A stretch of 63,431 nt of DNA, filler included, from Craspedostauros australis (GCA_030167865.1; 15 parts of 15 records of this genome joined end to end with filler, not necessarily neighbours in it), one strand, 5' to 3'; positions 44,037-56,804 are shown, counted from the first letter of the whole stretch. Notes: generated from the sequence alone by a model not told the origin. Numbers and translations are program-made.

Positions 44037-44527
44037 TGTCAGGAATCGGGTGTTATGAAACACGTGATTGCCGCACCTCCCAGGAGTATTTGGAGTCAAG
44101 TGTTGTGAAACACTAAATTACCGCACCTCCCGTCGTGACATTATGAGCATCAAAATGTGAGGTACATGATGAGGCGAAGGCTGTCCTGAGACGAATGGCG
44201 AATGACAAGTGTGGATTGAATGGTGATGACTGTGAAGGGTAATGCAAACATCCAATACACGGTTGCATGTCACAAGGGGCAGCGATGTTGTGTTCGTGAT
44301 CAGCATGAAGACACACATCACTGCAGCCCTTATGTCATGCCGGACAAAGAACCAAGGAGTCGAAATATCCCATTACCACGAAGTGCAAAAAGGATCGCGA
44401 GAGAACCCTCAGGTGATAATGGATGATGGCTGGTAACGAACCAGCGAAAGGAATGTGATAAGGGATGGCTGCCTCAACACGAGAAATCGTGTGAGAATGT
44501 GATAAGGGATGGATGCCTCAACACGAG
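44037..44527 (+). mobile_element. LTR (TGTCAGGAATCGGGTGTTATGAAACAC family), truncated by contig end
   Basis: The first 27 bp are identical to the LTR at 49390. It has a 50-bp internal reiteration and a 44-bp tandem repeat at 44451 and 44495. Confidence 0.8.
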
Positions 44528-44627
44528 NNNNNNNNNNNNNNNNNNNNNNNNNNNNNNNNNNNNNNNNNNNNTTAATTAATTAANNNNNNNNNNNNNNNNN
44601 NNNNNNNNNNNNNNNNNNNNNNNNNNN

Positions 44628-46033
44628 CCGCCTGTCCCAACCCGCACCGGCCAACACACCAGTGATGAAGATCAATGACAAGTTTGGTGTTCCGGGAACT
44701 GATGGATCTGGCAATCCGCAGACTATGACAGTGATTGGGTTTGGAGACACATCGGATGGTGGTAGCCCATCGGACATCTTGATGGAGCTGGACATTCAGC
44801 AGGTCGATACTACATGGTGTAACGCGGCGGATAGGTACAACGGACAAGTTTCGAACTCAGCGGAGTTCTGTGCCGGTTACCTACAGGACGGCGCCCATCA
44901 AGGCGGCAAGGACTCCTGCCAGGGCGATTCCGGCGGTCCAGTCTTCGTGACTGACGGCGGTGAGCGTGTCCAGGTCGGCGTTGTGTCTTGGGGTATTGGC
45001 TGTGCCGATCAGCGATACCCTGGAGTGTACGCTCGTGTGAGCAATACGTACGATTGGATCAAGGTACGGATGAATGCCTGTGTGTGTGTGATCATGTGAA
45101 AGTGTATTCCATGTGTGCACTGCAATTGCGATGATTGCCAACTCACTTCGACCGTCTCTATTGTTCGTTGTCTTTCCTTTCTGGCTTGCTTGCTTGGGGG
45201 TGATACCACGACGCAACTTATCATGTGGCTTCGTCGGCATTCATCCATCCATTCATCCACCTGCCCCATCGACATATTCCCTGATGATGACGTCCCGAAA
45301 CACAGAGCAATGCCTGTTCCATGACAAAAGTCCCATCCGTGCTGTGCGGAACCGAAGAGGAAGGTACCGGAGGTGGAACTGGCGGCGGCACTGGCGGTGG
45401 CACTGGCGGCGGCACCGGAGGAGGTACTGGTGGTGGCACAGGCGGGTGCGGCTCCAACGAGCTGAAGATGGAGTTCATGTTCACCACTGATCAGTATGGG
45501 TAAGTTCGGATTATGCCAACGTCGGTGCTGTTTCACGCATCAAGCCTTGGTTGATGTTGCTATGTGCAACAGCTTCACCCTTCGATGTTGATGCCCATCT
45601 CGATCTCGATCTCGCTGGCACAGAGAGTTGTACTGGCGGCTATTGTATTGGAGTCGCTGTCACATCGACTGACTCCATCATCTTCCCATTACACCATGTG
45701 CTCTTCCCCATTCATTGAACCAACCAACCATTCAACCTCGAAATAACAGAGACGAGACCGGCTGGCAGCTGTCCAATGATGCCGGTGTCATTGAGGAAGT
45801 CACGGCTGGTGCTTACCCCAACAACTCCCCACAAGTCATCAACCGATGCCTTCTCAACGACAAGTGCTACAACCTTCGCATCACCGACGAATGGGGTGAT
45901 GGCATGAGTGAAACCGGTGGCCAGTACACTGTCAAGGCCGATGACAAGTTGATCAAGACCGAGACGGAGCCCAACTTTGGAACTGCCATCGATATCCAAT
46001 TCTGCGGATCTAACGCCGGCACCGGTGGTGGCG
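44628..46033 (+). CDS. Trypsin-like (S1A) serine protease with GGGT linker and accessory C-terminal domain; partial; exons <44628-45063, 45306-45499, 45750->46033
   Basis: VIGFG, FCAG, GGKDSCQGDSGGP, QVGVVSWGIGCA and YPGVYARVS. Two GT-AG introns (45064-45305 and 45500-45749) keep the frame and give WIK/SNACS and TTDQYG/DETGWQL...DEWGDGM. Confidence 0.9.
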
Positions 46034-46399
46034 NNNNNNNNNNNNNNNNNNNNNNNNNNNNNNNNNNNNNNNNNNNNTTAATTAATTAANNNNNNNNNNN
46101 NNNNNNNNNNNNNNNNNNNNNNNNNNNNNNNNNATGGCGTCTGCCACCGATGTGCGCGTCGAGCTTTCGATGATCTGCTACGATGCGATCGACGAATTCG
46201 AGAGTCGACTGTGCAGACGAGTGCACCCATGCGGGTTGCACTACATGGTGCATAAGCACTACATGGTGCATGAGATTGGCGTGCGGAGCGCACTCGACGT
46301 GGCTCGCAATGTGTACGCAATCAACGACATGCTGGAGAACAGCAACCTCGCTCCAATCCAACAGATGCTGATTGGATACAGGAGTCACATGCAAGCGGT

Positions 46400-49350
46400 A
46401 TGGACCGCACGAGTGAACCTGGTGATGACCAGGATCCTACTCACGATGAACGTGACATGGATGGATACGTCATGTGGGCAATCGAGTGTATTGAGAATGC
46501 CAGCAGGTCAGTACTGACAGACCTGGGAGATGACGATTCAACTACAGGGATGAGTACCCCAGATAGAAGAGTGACTTGGGAGCGACATGCGGATACCATC
46601 CGAAGCATGGAGACCAACGACGCTGATCAGAGCAGAAGAGCCAGAGACGATACAGATACAGAAGACGCTGCTCGCAAGCAAGATGGCTTGCTACCTGCCC
46701 AAGGGGATGAACCATCGGACGATGATGACGACGATGAATCCGGAAGGGACGATGAGGCGGGACGAGACGATTTGGTCGAGAACGCACCAAACACAGTCCC
46801 AATCGCAGAACCTGTCGTGCACATGCCGAGGATGCTGAGTGCTCTCGAGGGATACTACGATATGCCCACTCCGAAGGAGGAGCGAGAACTTGGATCAAGT
46901 GGAGAATCAGAGTCAGAAGATGATGAGGGGTATGAGACCACTCGAAAGATGACTACCACACTACCGGCGACAGGAGGACCCAACATTCACACAGAAGGGT
47001 CAACATTCAACAGAGATATTGCAGGCATGACGATTGACACCACTCATGAGAAGATGAGCTTGGGTGACGTCATCGCTGCGAATCAAGCATTGAACTACAT
47101 ACAGAACAAAGAGGGATCCGAGCAACCAAATGTCGCAATGATGCTGGATCCAACCACAATTGACGAATGAAGGGGTCATGTGGATCCCAAGAAGAGCAAT
47201 GAATGGCAGGAGGCCATGATGGTACGGTTCAGTGATATAGCCATGGCATGAGCATGGCAGATGATCAAGAAGAACCGGATGCCGAATGATCGGCGAGATA
47301 CTACGAGCACAGATATGAGATCGGTGTGCGATGACAATGAGATCGATGAGAGAGAGAGACTCGAATCTGGAAAGGATACAGCTATGAGAGCGCGAGCCAT
47401 GAACGGCGGATTCCAGATACAGTGAGCCAAGACGCAACGATATACGATCAATGAGAGAGACGCGGGCATGTCGGATGAAGAATCGAACGACAGAGCCGGA
47501 AGGGAGGAACCTCAGATGAATGGAGGATGAATGGCAGGAGGCCACCAACAACTCCCATGACGAAGAAGCTGCAACATGATGAATCGATGCTATCCAGAAG
47601 AGGATGAAGGCGATCGACAACATGGTTGCAAGGCAACGCGACAACAGAGCTGGTAGCTGACCACAATATACCAATGCCCAACAAGGGTGACGAACGAAGC
47701 ATCAGAATCAGGAGACGACGATGGCTACGCAACTGCACAGGAGACGATGACCGCTCCAGTGGCAACAGACGGACCCAACTTCGAACAAGGCGGGTCAATC
47801 ATCAACAAGGACGTCGCAGGCATGAGGATCGATGCTATCCAATGGAGGATGAGAGTGATCGACTTTGTCGCCGCGAGTCAGGATGTTGAGAGCGAACGCA
47901 ATGGCGAGAGATTCGAGCACATCAACAATGGAATGATGCCGAGTCTATATGCGCCTGAGGAATGCCAGGATCATGTGGATCCTGATGATCGGAAGAGACG
48001 AAGTATGAGTGACTCGGAGGCAAGCTGCTGAAGGCACGGACCTCGAGTACTATCCCATGAGACCAGTGGCGAGGATGCCACGGATGATACGCGGCTTGGC
48101 ACCGCACAACAACGCGCCAGAACACCACTCCGACTCAGATTCAAGCAGTGGAGGTGGTGAATCGGTTGAGGAAGCTGAGAAGGCCCCAGCAACCATGAGA
48201 GAGGGTATGAGACGTCCGAGCATGCATACACGGCTATGATGCTGGACCCCACCACATCCGAAGAATGCTGGGACCATGCGGATCCAGCGAAGCGAAGCAG
48301 AAGAAATGGCAGGAGGCCATCAACAAGGAGTTCTACGACATGATCAGACGAGGAGTCTGGCAGAAGATCAAGAAGAGCGAGATGCCGAGGGATCGACAGT
48401 GAGTGAAGACGAAGTGGGTCTTCAAGGAGAAGAGATCTACATGCAGTGTCCCAAGAGAAAGGAACACGAACCGGATGGATGCCTGCCGCTGAAGAAGACC
48501 ATCCATGGGTCGGTGCAGAGCGCGAGGCAATGACATGAGGAGCTTGTGAACATATTGACCAAGCTTGGCTTCCGGCAGAGCAAGGCGGATCCATGTCTGC
48601 TAATCCGGAATCGGGAAGGGAGCCTCGTCCTCATCAGGACGTACGCCGACGATCGCCTGTGNNNNNNNNNNNNNNNNNNNNNNNNNNNATCGGTGAAGAA
48701 CATCAAGGGAGAGTGATTCGGAATCAAGATCGAGAATGGTCTCGAAGACTACTTGAATTGCCGCATCGGATCCAACGAGAGCAAGACCAACTGCTGGATG
48801 AACCAGCCACTCATCATCAAGAGGAACAATAAGCTTCAGAGATATGGAACACCTGGCATACATGGCCGAGGAATCCAGAGGAACAACGAAGCACCCAAGG
48901 TTGATAAGGATCGACACAGCAGATACCACAGTGGTGTGGGTATGTTGCTATACCTGGTGAAGCATTCAAGACCAGACATCGCGAATGCCATCCGAGAACT
49001 GACGAAGGTGTTGGATGGGCCAACGACCACAGCATACGAGGAGATGCTAAGAGTGATGAAGCTCGTGTCGGACACGAGTATATGGATTGAGGATGGAGAG
49101 ACCTGTGGATGTGATGGTTGACAACATGAGAGCGATCTTCATCGCTACCAACCCATCGACATCAGCCAGGACAAGAAACATCGACGTGTGCAATCACTTC
49201 ATCAGAGAGCTGATTGCTAACAAGGAGGCGAGAGCTCGATTCGTGAAGTCAGTGGACAACATCTCTGACGGGTTCACGAAGAATACAAGAAAGGAGATCT
49301 ACGATCGGCGCAGGGGGAGCATCATTCAGCCCAGGTCAGCATTGGACTGA
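46400..49350 (+). pseudogene. Degenerate Ty1/Copia pol (RT and RNase H remnants, with frameshifts and deletions)
   Basis: Fragments WQEAINKEF, KTKWVFK, KADPCL, YADD and GVGMLLYLVKHSRPDIANAIREL. RNase H-like VDNMRAIFIATNPSTSARTRNIDVCNHFIRE...DNISDGFTKN. Confidence 0.85.
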
Positions 49351-49382
49351 GCAAGGTGGATGATATGGTCGGAACGGCAATT

Positions 49383-50034
49383 GGAAGGGTGTCAGGAATC
49401 GGGTGTTATGAAACACCGAATTGCCGCACCTCCCAAGAGTGTGGAGTTGAGCATCGTGGAATGCTACACTACCGCACCTCCCAACAACCCAAGAGTCAGG
49501 AGTCGAATGTCATGAAATGATACATTACCGCAACTCCCACCTGTGGATCTTTGTGACAGAAAATGTGAGCTACACGCGTCTTGTGGTGGAGAACGCCACG
49601 TGCCGAATGCGAACCGGACTATGGTGTCCGTGACCTCAATGCAGGAATGCCAATCACATGTGTATGTCGCAGGGGGCGGGGATGTTGGAATCGTGACCAA
49701 CATCACGACACGAGCGACTACGGCCCCCATGTCGCAACCAATAAGAAAAGAGTACTGGGAGAATGCAAACATCACGAAGTGTGAGATGGCTTGTGAACGA
49801 ACCCGGTATGAGGAAGCTCCAGGAAGCCGGTGAAGTGATTGGCGAAGAAACGGAGAGAAACGATCGGAGTCGACCGGAGTTGATCGGAGATGATCGGAGA
49901 TGTTTGATGATCAAGGAGCTGAACGAGCTCCCAATCACGATGTTCCTGTGACGAATGGGAAGATCGTGATCTGATCGAATGAACCGATCTGTGTGATGCC
50001 TACGACTCGGCGATGTCTATGCTAACGAAACTAT
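49383..50034 (+). mobile_element. Polypurine tract (GGAAGGG) followed by 3' LTR starting TGTCAGG at 49390
   Basis: Lies 40 bp after the RNase H stop, with the PPT abutting TG. Homologous to the LTR at 44037. The 3' boundary is not seen. Confidence 0.8.
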
Positions 50035-50480
50035 NNNNNNNNNNNNNNNNNNNNNNNNNNNNNNNNNNNNNNNNNNNNTTAATTAATTAANNNNNNNNNN
50101 NNNNNNNNNNNNNNNNNNNNNNNNNNNNNNNNNNGACAGCTGTATGATGCCCTCCATAGTTTTGGGGAGCACACCTCATGTTATCATCGGGAATGATGTT
50201 ACATTTAAAGTCAATTTACATTTAAATTCAATATTCTTATACATCGCCAGTGAGGTGTTCGCATGGCACACTTCATGTTCTTTTCGAATGATCCTGCGCT
50301 GACACATAGCATGATAAGCGCTTCTTGGGATCTAATGCAATGTTGCTCTGGACTGAACTGTCCAAGCTAACAAGTCTCACACTGGAGTGCCAAAACGTGA
50401 CAGCAAGTGCTATTGATTTGACAAAAGTGTGGTGCATCAAAACATGCATGCGATGAATGGTGGATGCAGATGCAAGAGCC

Positions 50481-52520
50481 TGATGGATGTGATGTGATCT
50501 GGAGTGGATAGGCGTTCAGATGCGAGAGACCTATGGATGTGATTCAATCTGGAGCGGATGGGCGTTCAGATGCGAGAGACCGATGGGTGTGATGTGATCT
50601 GGAGCGGATGGTCGTTCAATGCAATCGACCAATGGGTGTGATGCGATCTGGAGCGGATGGTCGTCCAGGTGCGAGAGACCAATGGGTGTGATGCGATCTG
50701 GAGCGGATTCTCGTCCAGGTGCAATCGACCAATGGGTGTGATGCGATCTGGAGCGGATGGTCGTTCAGGTGCAACCGACCATTGGGTGTGATGCGATCTG
50801 GAGCGGATACTCGTCCAGGTGCAATTGACCATTGGGTGTGATGCGATCTGGAGCGGATACTCGTCCAGGTGCGAGAGACCAATGGGTGTGATGAGATCTG
50901 GAGCGGATGGTCGTTCAGGTGCAACCGACCATTGGGTGTGATGTGATGTGGACCGGATTCTCGTCCAGGTGCAATTGACCAATGGGTGTGATGCGATCTG
51001 GAGCGGATACTCGTTCAGATGGGAGAGACCGATGGGTGTGATGAGATCTGGAGCGGATGGTCGTCCAGGTGCAATCAACGAATGGGTGTGATGCGATCTG
51101 GAGCGGATACTTGTTCAGGTGCAATCGAGCATTGGGTGTGATGCGATCTGGAGCGGATGGTCGTTCAGGTGCAACCGACCATTGGGTGTGATGCGATCTG
51201 GAGCGGATGGTCGTTCAGGTGCNNNNNNNNNNTGGGTGTGATGCGATCTGGAGCGGATGGTCGTTCAGGTGCGAGAGACCGATGGGTGTGATGCGATCTG
51301 GAGCGGATGGTCGTTCAGATGCAATCGACCAATGGGTGTGATGCGATCTGGAGCGGATGGTCGTTCAGATGGGAGAGACCGATGGGTGTGATGTGATCTG
51401 GAGCGGATTCTCGTCCAGGTGCAACCGACCATTGGGTGTGATGCGATCTGGAGCGGATTCTCGTTCAGATGGGAGAGACCGATGGGTGTGATGCGATCTG
51501 GAGCGGATACTCGTCCAGGTGCGAGAGACCGATGGGTGTGATGCGATCTGGAGCGGATTCTCGTTCAGGTGCGAGAGACCGATGTGTGTGATGCGATCTG
51601 GAGCGGATACTCGTCCAGGTGCAATCAACGAATGGGTGTGATGCGATCTGGAGCGGATACTCATTCAGATGGGAGAGACCGATGGGTGTGATGTGATCTG
51701 GAGCGGATTCTCGTCCAGGTGCAATCGACCAATGGGTGTGATGAGATCTGGAGCGGATGGTCGTCCAGGTGGGAGTGACCAATGGGTGTGATGCGATCTG
51801 GAGCGGATGGTCGTCCAGGTGCAATTGACCATTGGGTGTGATGCGATCTGGAGCGGATTCTCGTTCAGATGGGAGAGACCGATGGGTGTGATGTGATCTG
51901 GAGCGGATTCTCGTCCAGGTGCAACCGACCATTGGGTGTGATGCGATCTGGAGCGGATGGTCGTTCAGATGGGAGAGACCGATGGGTGTGATGCGATCTG
52001 GAGCGGATGGTCGTCCAGGTGCAATCAACGAATGGGTGTGATGCGATCTGGAGCGGATACTCGTCCAGGTGCAATCGACCATTGGGTGTGATGCGATCTG
52101 GAGCGGATGGTCGTCCAGGTGCAATTGACCAATGGGTGTGATGAGATCTGGAGCGGATGGTCGTTCAGATGGGAGAGACCGATGGGTGTGATGTGATGTG
52201 GAGCGGATACTCGTTCACATGCGAGAGACCGATGGGTTTGATGCGATCTGGAGCGGATACTCGTCCAGGTGCAATCGACCAATGGGTGTGATGCGATCTG
52301 GAACGGATACTCGTCCAGGTGCAATCGACCATTGGGTGTGATGCGATCTGGAGCGGATACTCGTCCAGGTGCAATCAACGAATGGGTGTGATGCGATCTG
52401 GAGCGGATACTCGTTCACATGCGAGAGACCGATGGGTTTGACGCGATCTGGAGTGGATGGGCATTCAGACGCGAGAGACCAATTGGTGTGATGTGATCTT
52501 GACTGGATGGGCGTTCTGAC
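50481..52520. repeat. 50-bp tandem satellite, about 40 copies
   Basis: The core TGGGTGTGATGCGATCTGGAGCGGAT recurs every 50 bp. Copies at both edges are degenerate. Confidence 0.96.
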
Positions 52521-54754
52521 GCGTCTGTGGATTCGAGGGCTTTTTGGCCTTCATGCATTTTGCTTGTTTGCAGATGCCAAGGTCAATGGGTGTGATGTGG
52601 TGCTTATGCGACGGTTAAAATGAAGAAATTGCTGAGCGTCGATGCGATGTCATGGTGCAATGGACGCAATGGATGTAATGTATGCAATGTCGGTGTATGT
52701 GGTTGGGATGCGGATGTGATAATGATCAAGTTTTTCGATTGTTGTGGTGACGGTCCTGTGTCTGACGCTCAATCTGGACTCCGTTTGCACCACTCGCCGA
52801 GTTTTTTGCTGTTGCTGTTTGGGCCGACGGACTCGTGTTTGGATGATCACGGGAGTATTGGTAATGCGCACCACGCAAAAGTTTTCAAACTCAACGGATG
52901 GTTTCTGAAGTCACTGGTCTCTGCCTGCACTGAAACCAACGGTTGTGTCTGGAGGTTTGGAGCCATTTGTTGGAATGAAATCATTATTCCCCACACCCTC
53001 CTCATGTCATAAAACGCCTCAACCCAAGTTGACTCGCGTTTGGGAACATCGAAAGCCCGTCCACACCAACCACTGCTGAGCCAGAATCGAGATTTGGGAG
53101 GGGGACATTTCTTCCGTGACTCAAAATCTCTTGTGGGACTCAACGAATCGATCAAATCTCTCAACAACACTATCATCATCAAATCGATCTATTAATAGCT
53201 TTTGGAACAAATAGAGCTGCTGCACTCATCNACCCCACATTCCACTTGTACCTCAACTTAGTTCATNGCAGCCAGCCCTGTGCAAGATTCTTAGATTTGT
53301 GTTACATCTATTGAGTGACCATGTCTTTGGATCATGCTTTCGGAGGCAATGATGACTTGTGGGAGGATGATGATAGCAACGGAGGCATTGATCCAGACAA
53401 TCTAGACTTGGAACTACTTGATAGAGATGCTGTTGTCCATCCTTCGGATGACAACACANNNNNNNNNNNNNNNNNNNNNNNNNNNNNNNNNNNNNNNNNN
53501 NNTTAATTAATTAANNNNNNNNNNNNNNNNNNNNNNNNNNNNNNNNNNNNNNNNNNNNTTGGTTCCAAGCATCTCGATAGTGCGATTGACCATGTGGAAA
53601 TTGTGTGAACCAACTCATCACGTCGATCGACACAGGATGCACTGCATTCAGTGTTTCTGTTCCACACAATATCGCATGTGACATGGCATGCAATTCCAAT
53701 ACTCTACAGCAAGCTTGATGAACGACGACGAGCCATCGTGCACAACACTGTCACAGCAATGAATATGCCAGGTATTCAGCTGTACCGACCATGATCTTCG
53801 AGCGCAGACCATCATGGCAGAATTCTGGGACGAACAAGAGCATGACGACGAGAAAATGATGGTGGTGTAACCAGGACTTGCAGACCATGCCAAGCTTGTC
53901 TTCACCATTGGTAAGGAATGATGGACTCCTACTATCTGTTGCAACAAACACCATTCGATAACAAACGACACTGTCAGGCAAAACACCAACCGCAACTTGT
54001 CCTGGTGATGAAACACGATGCAAAGCAGGTTGTGTTGTCCGATGTTTTGGGCCCTCTTGCGTGGATCGCAGGCATCGTGTTGTGAGACGAGAAACAGGGG
54101 GACGGTGTTTGGTTGGTGTGGTGTGTTGTGATGCGGCACGATGGGATGTGCGGCAAACGGCCATCGGTCGCGACCCGACGTGTGAGACACAACACACCAC
54201 ACCAATACGCCAGAATCGTTGAAGCGGAAAAATAGAGCCTAAATAAGTTCTTCCAGGAAGGTCATTCGAAGTAGTCATATCGAATGTTCTCGAAGTCTGA
54301 CCAGGTCACCAGTGCCGAGGCGGATTGTGTTGTGCGTTGGTCGAGTGGGTCGATGGTCTTCGTTTTGTTTTGGTCGAAGTGGTCATTGTATGCGCAACAA
54401 CTTCGTCCCTTTGCTGTCGTGGGACCCGTGAAGTCGGCGAAAAAGCAAATTAAATTTATTTGCAACTTTTACGATGACTCCCTGCAGCTTGCGTTGTTCA
54501 TCTATCCATTCATGTTGGTAGCGTCCTTGTATCTGTGTTGTGTTTGTGCCTGTCTCGTGCGGTATCGATCCGTGTCTTTGGCCATGCCATTGACAGTATG
54601 GTACAGCATCCAACACGAGACAAGACGCTGCTCTGCGCCATCGGGGGGGGGGGGNNNNNNNNNNNNNNNNNNNNNNNNNNNNNNNNNNNNNNNNNNNNTT
54701 AATTAATTAANNNNNNNNNNNNNNNNNNNNNNNNNNNNNNNNNNNNNNNNNNNN

Positions 54755-56234
54755 ATGATCCATCCCATTGGGACAGTTCATGTAGATCTCCTCGTCGAGG
54801 TCTCCATGTAGGAATGCCGTTACGACATCGACGAGTGCACAGTCCATCTTCTTGATCAGCATGATCACCATCATGACCCCATAGGTCACGTCATGGATGA
54901 CGGGTGAGTAATGCTCTTGGAAGTGTACTCCTGCGACTTGTGAATAGCCACATGCAACGAGCCGTGCTCGATGTGTGCCGTCACGCTTTAGCTTGAAGAC
55001 CCATTTGCACTTGCAGCATCTGCGGCCGCGTGGGATGGCGTCTCGTTTGATCTTGCTATATACCTTGCGTGTATCCATGGAGTCGAACTCCTTCTTGATG
55101 GCTGCTCGATATCCCTTCCGGTGGATAGGATCTGGGTGATTGAAGGCTCCGTCGAATGTTGTAGGTTCGATGTGCTTCTCTGGTTCCTTGTTCTCGTCCT
55201 GCATCGACAGTCCGATGTCGATCGCTGGTGATTCGGTTATGATTGCATTCATTCCGTACAGTCCAGTTGTGCTATGGTGAGTGATCTCGATCTCTTCATC
55301 TTTGTCTTCGATTTCTTCATCATCTGTGATTTCGTTGTTGGAATCGTCGATCATCTCGTCGCTGAGTCCGTCACTCGCCTCATTGGACGATGGGTCGCTC
55401 TCATAGCCTTCTTCCTTTCGACCTGGTTCGTTGAAGTCTGCGAGCTCACGTAGAGCTCTGGGAATGCTCTTCCCTGCAGTTGACTTGGGATTAGTTTCTC
55501 CCTTCCTGCCTCGTGATTCGTGACGTCGGATCCTCTCCTTTCTGGCTATGTCATGCTTGCTTGGTTTGCTTGGTGGAGATCTGGATGGTGTAATGCGTGT
55601 AGATCTCACTGGTGTGTTCGGAGGAGTGACGCCTGTGTCATCGTCGGCTTCGTCGCCGGACGGTAGGATCTCATCATCCTCATGATTGGATTCGCTCCGA
55701 TCCTCCTCGTTATTCTGGATTAGTTGAGTTACTACTCCGTCGTCCTCATTATCCTCATCATCGCTGTCTGATAGGATGTGGTACCTGTTGCTGTCAGCGA
55801 AAGATACTCTCTTCGCTTCCGATGTTTGACGCGTTGCCGTCCTTGGCGTTGCTCCCTTCCGTCCNNNNNNNNNNNNNNNNNNNNNNNNNNNNNNNNNNNN
55901 NNNNNNNNNNNNNNNNNNNNNNNNNNNNNNNNNNNNNNNNNNNNNNNNNNNNNNNNNNNNNNNNNNNNNNNNNNNNNNNNNNNNNNNNNNNNNNNNNNNN
56001 NNNNNNNNNNNNNNNNNNNNNNNNNNNNNNTGTTGGTGTGCATATCCGATGAACACCATCTCTTCTCCTCTGTTCTTGAGCTTGGCGGTGATCCCGCCGT
56101 AGGTAGTCTTCACAACACCCACTTCTCCAAACGTGCGGAGCGCGTCCGCGTATGGTGGATCGTTGCCAAAGAATTGTCGATGTGGTGACTCCTTCTGGTT
56201 CTTCGCTACGGTGATGTTGGCGATGGCGGTGGCA
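54755..56234 (-). mobile_element. Ty1/Copia pol fragment (integrase C-terminal/SH3-like region, linker, RT start); same family as 6444-8281
   Basis: LRTFGEVGVVK...KLKNRGEEMVFIGYA. The EPTTFDGAFNHPD...CKWVFKLKRDG...YMNCPNGMDH segment is near-identical to the first copy. The frame is open through the linker. Confidence 0.93.
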
Positions 56235-56334
56235 NNNNNNNNNNNNNNNNNNNNNNNNNNNNNNNNNNNNNNNNNNNNTTAATTAATTAANNNNNNNNNN
56301 NNNNNNNNNNNNNNNNNNNNNNNNNNNNNNNNNN

Positions 56335-56565
56335 CAACTAATGAAATAGCAAACAGAAGACTATCAACCAACACCATCTTCCACGATCGTAGGTTACCGT
56401 GAGCGGAACTTGCCAACAGAAACAGTCAAATGCACCAAGAGAATCGGGCAAGAGAACGGACACCGAGAGGATCGGAGTGCCAACATAATGAAATAGCAAA
56501 CGAACGACTATCAACCAACATCGTCACCCGCGATCGTAGGTTACCGTGAGCGGAACTTGCCAACA
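56335..56565 (+). repeat. About 80-bp direct repeat, two copies 147 bp apart
   Basis: ATGAAATAGCAAAC...CGATCGTAGGTTACCGTGAGCGGAACTTGCCAACA at 56341 and 56488. Confidence 0.85.
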
Positions 56566-56804
56566 CCTGAGCACCCAAGCCTGTCAGAATATTTCGAAAG
56601 AATGTAGGATACAACCATGCCAGCTGTCACGGTTTGTGGGTGATGAGTTGTGTTCAAATCAACTAGATCAGTGTTTAGTCGCAAACAAGGAGGCCACCAA
56701 TTTTAGTAACTGCTCTTGATGCTACATCTCAACAGTGCATCATTTCCAATTAACCCTAAACAGTCCATAAGCTTGGCCAGTTGTGTTGGGAAAATTGGAG
56801 TGAG

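Noticed and set aside
45281..45301. CTGATGA...GAAA hammerhead-like core
   Set aside because: No proper stem II closing pair and no stems I/III. It lies at the branch-point/acceptor region of a trypsin intron.
50481..52520. CRISPR-like constant/variable periodicity and 50-aa repeat ORFs on the minus strand
   Set aside because: The variable halves are near-identical variants rather than unique spacers, there are no cas genes, and the context is eukaryotic. The ORFs arise from a 50-bp unit cycling through frames and are broken by stops.
53559..54654. Coding-like fragments with stops on the plus strand
   Set aside because: Possibly a decayed gene or transposon, but no family could be recognised.
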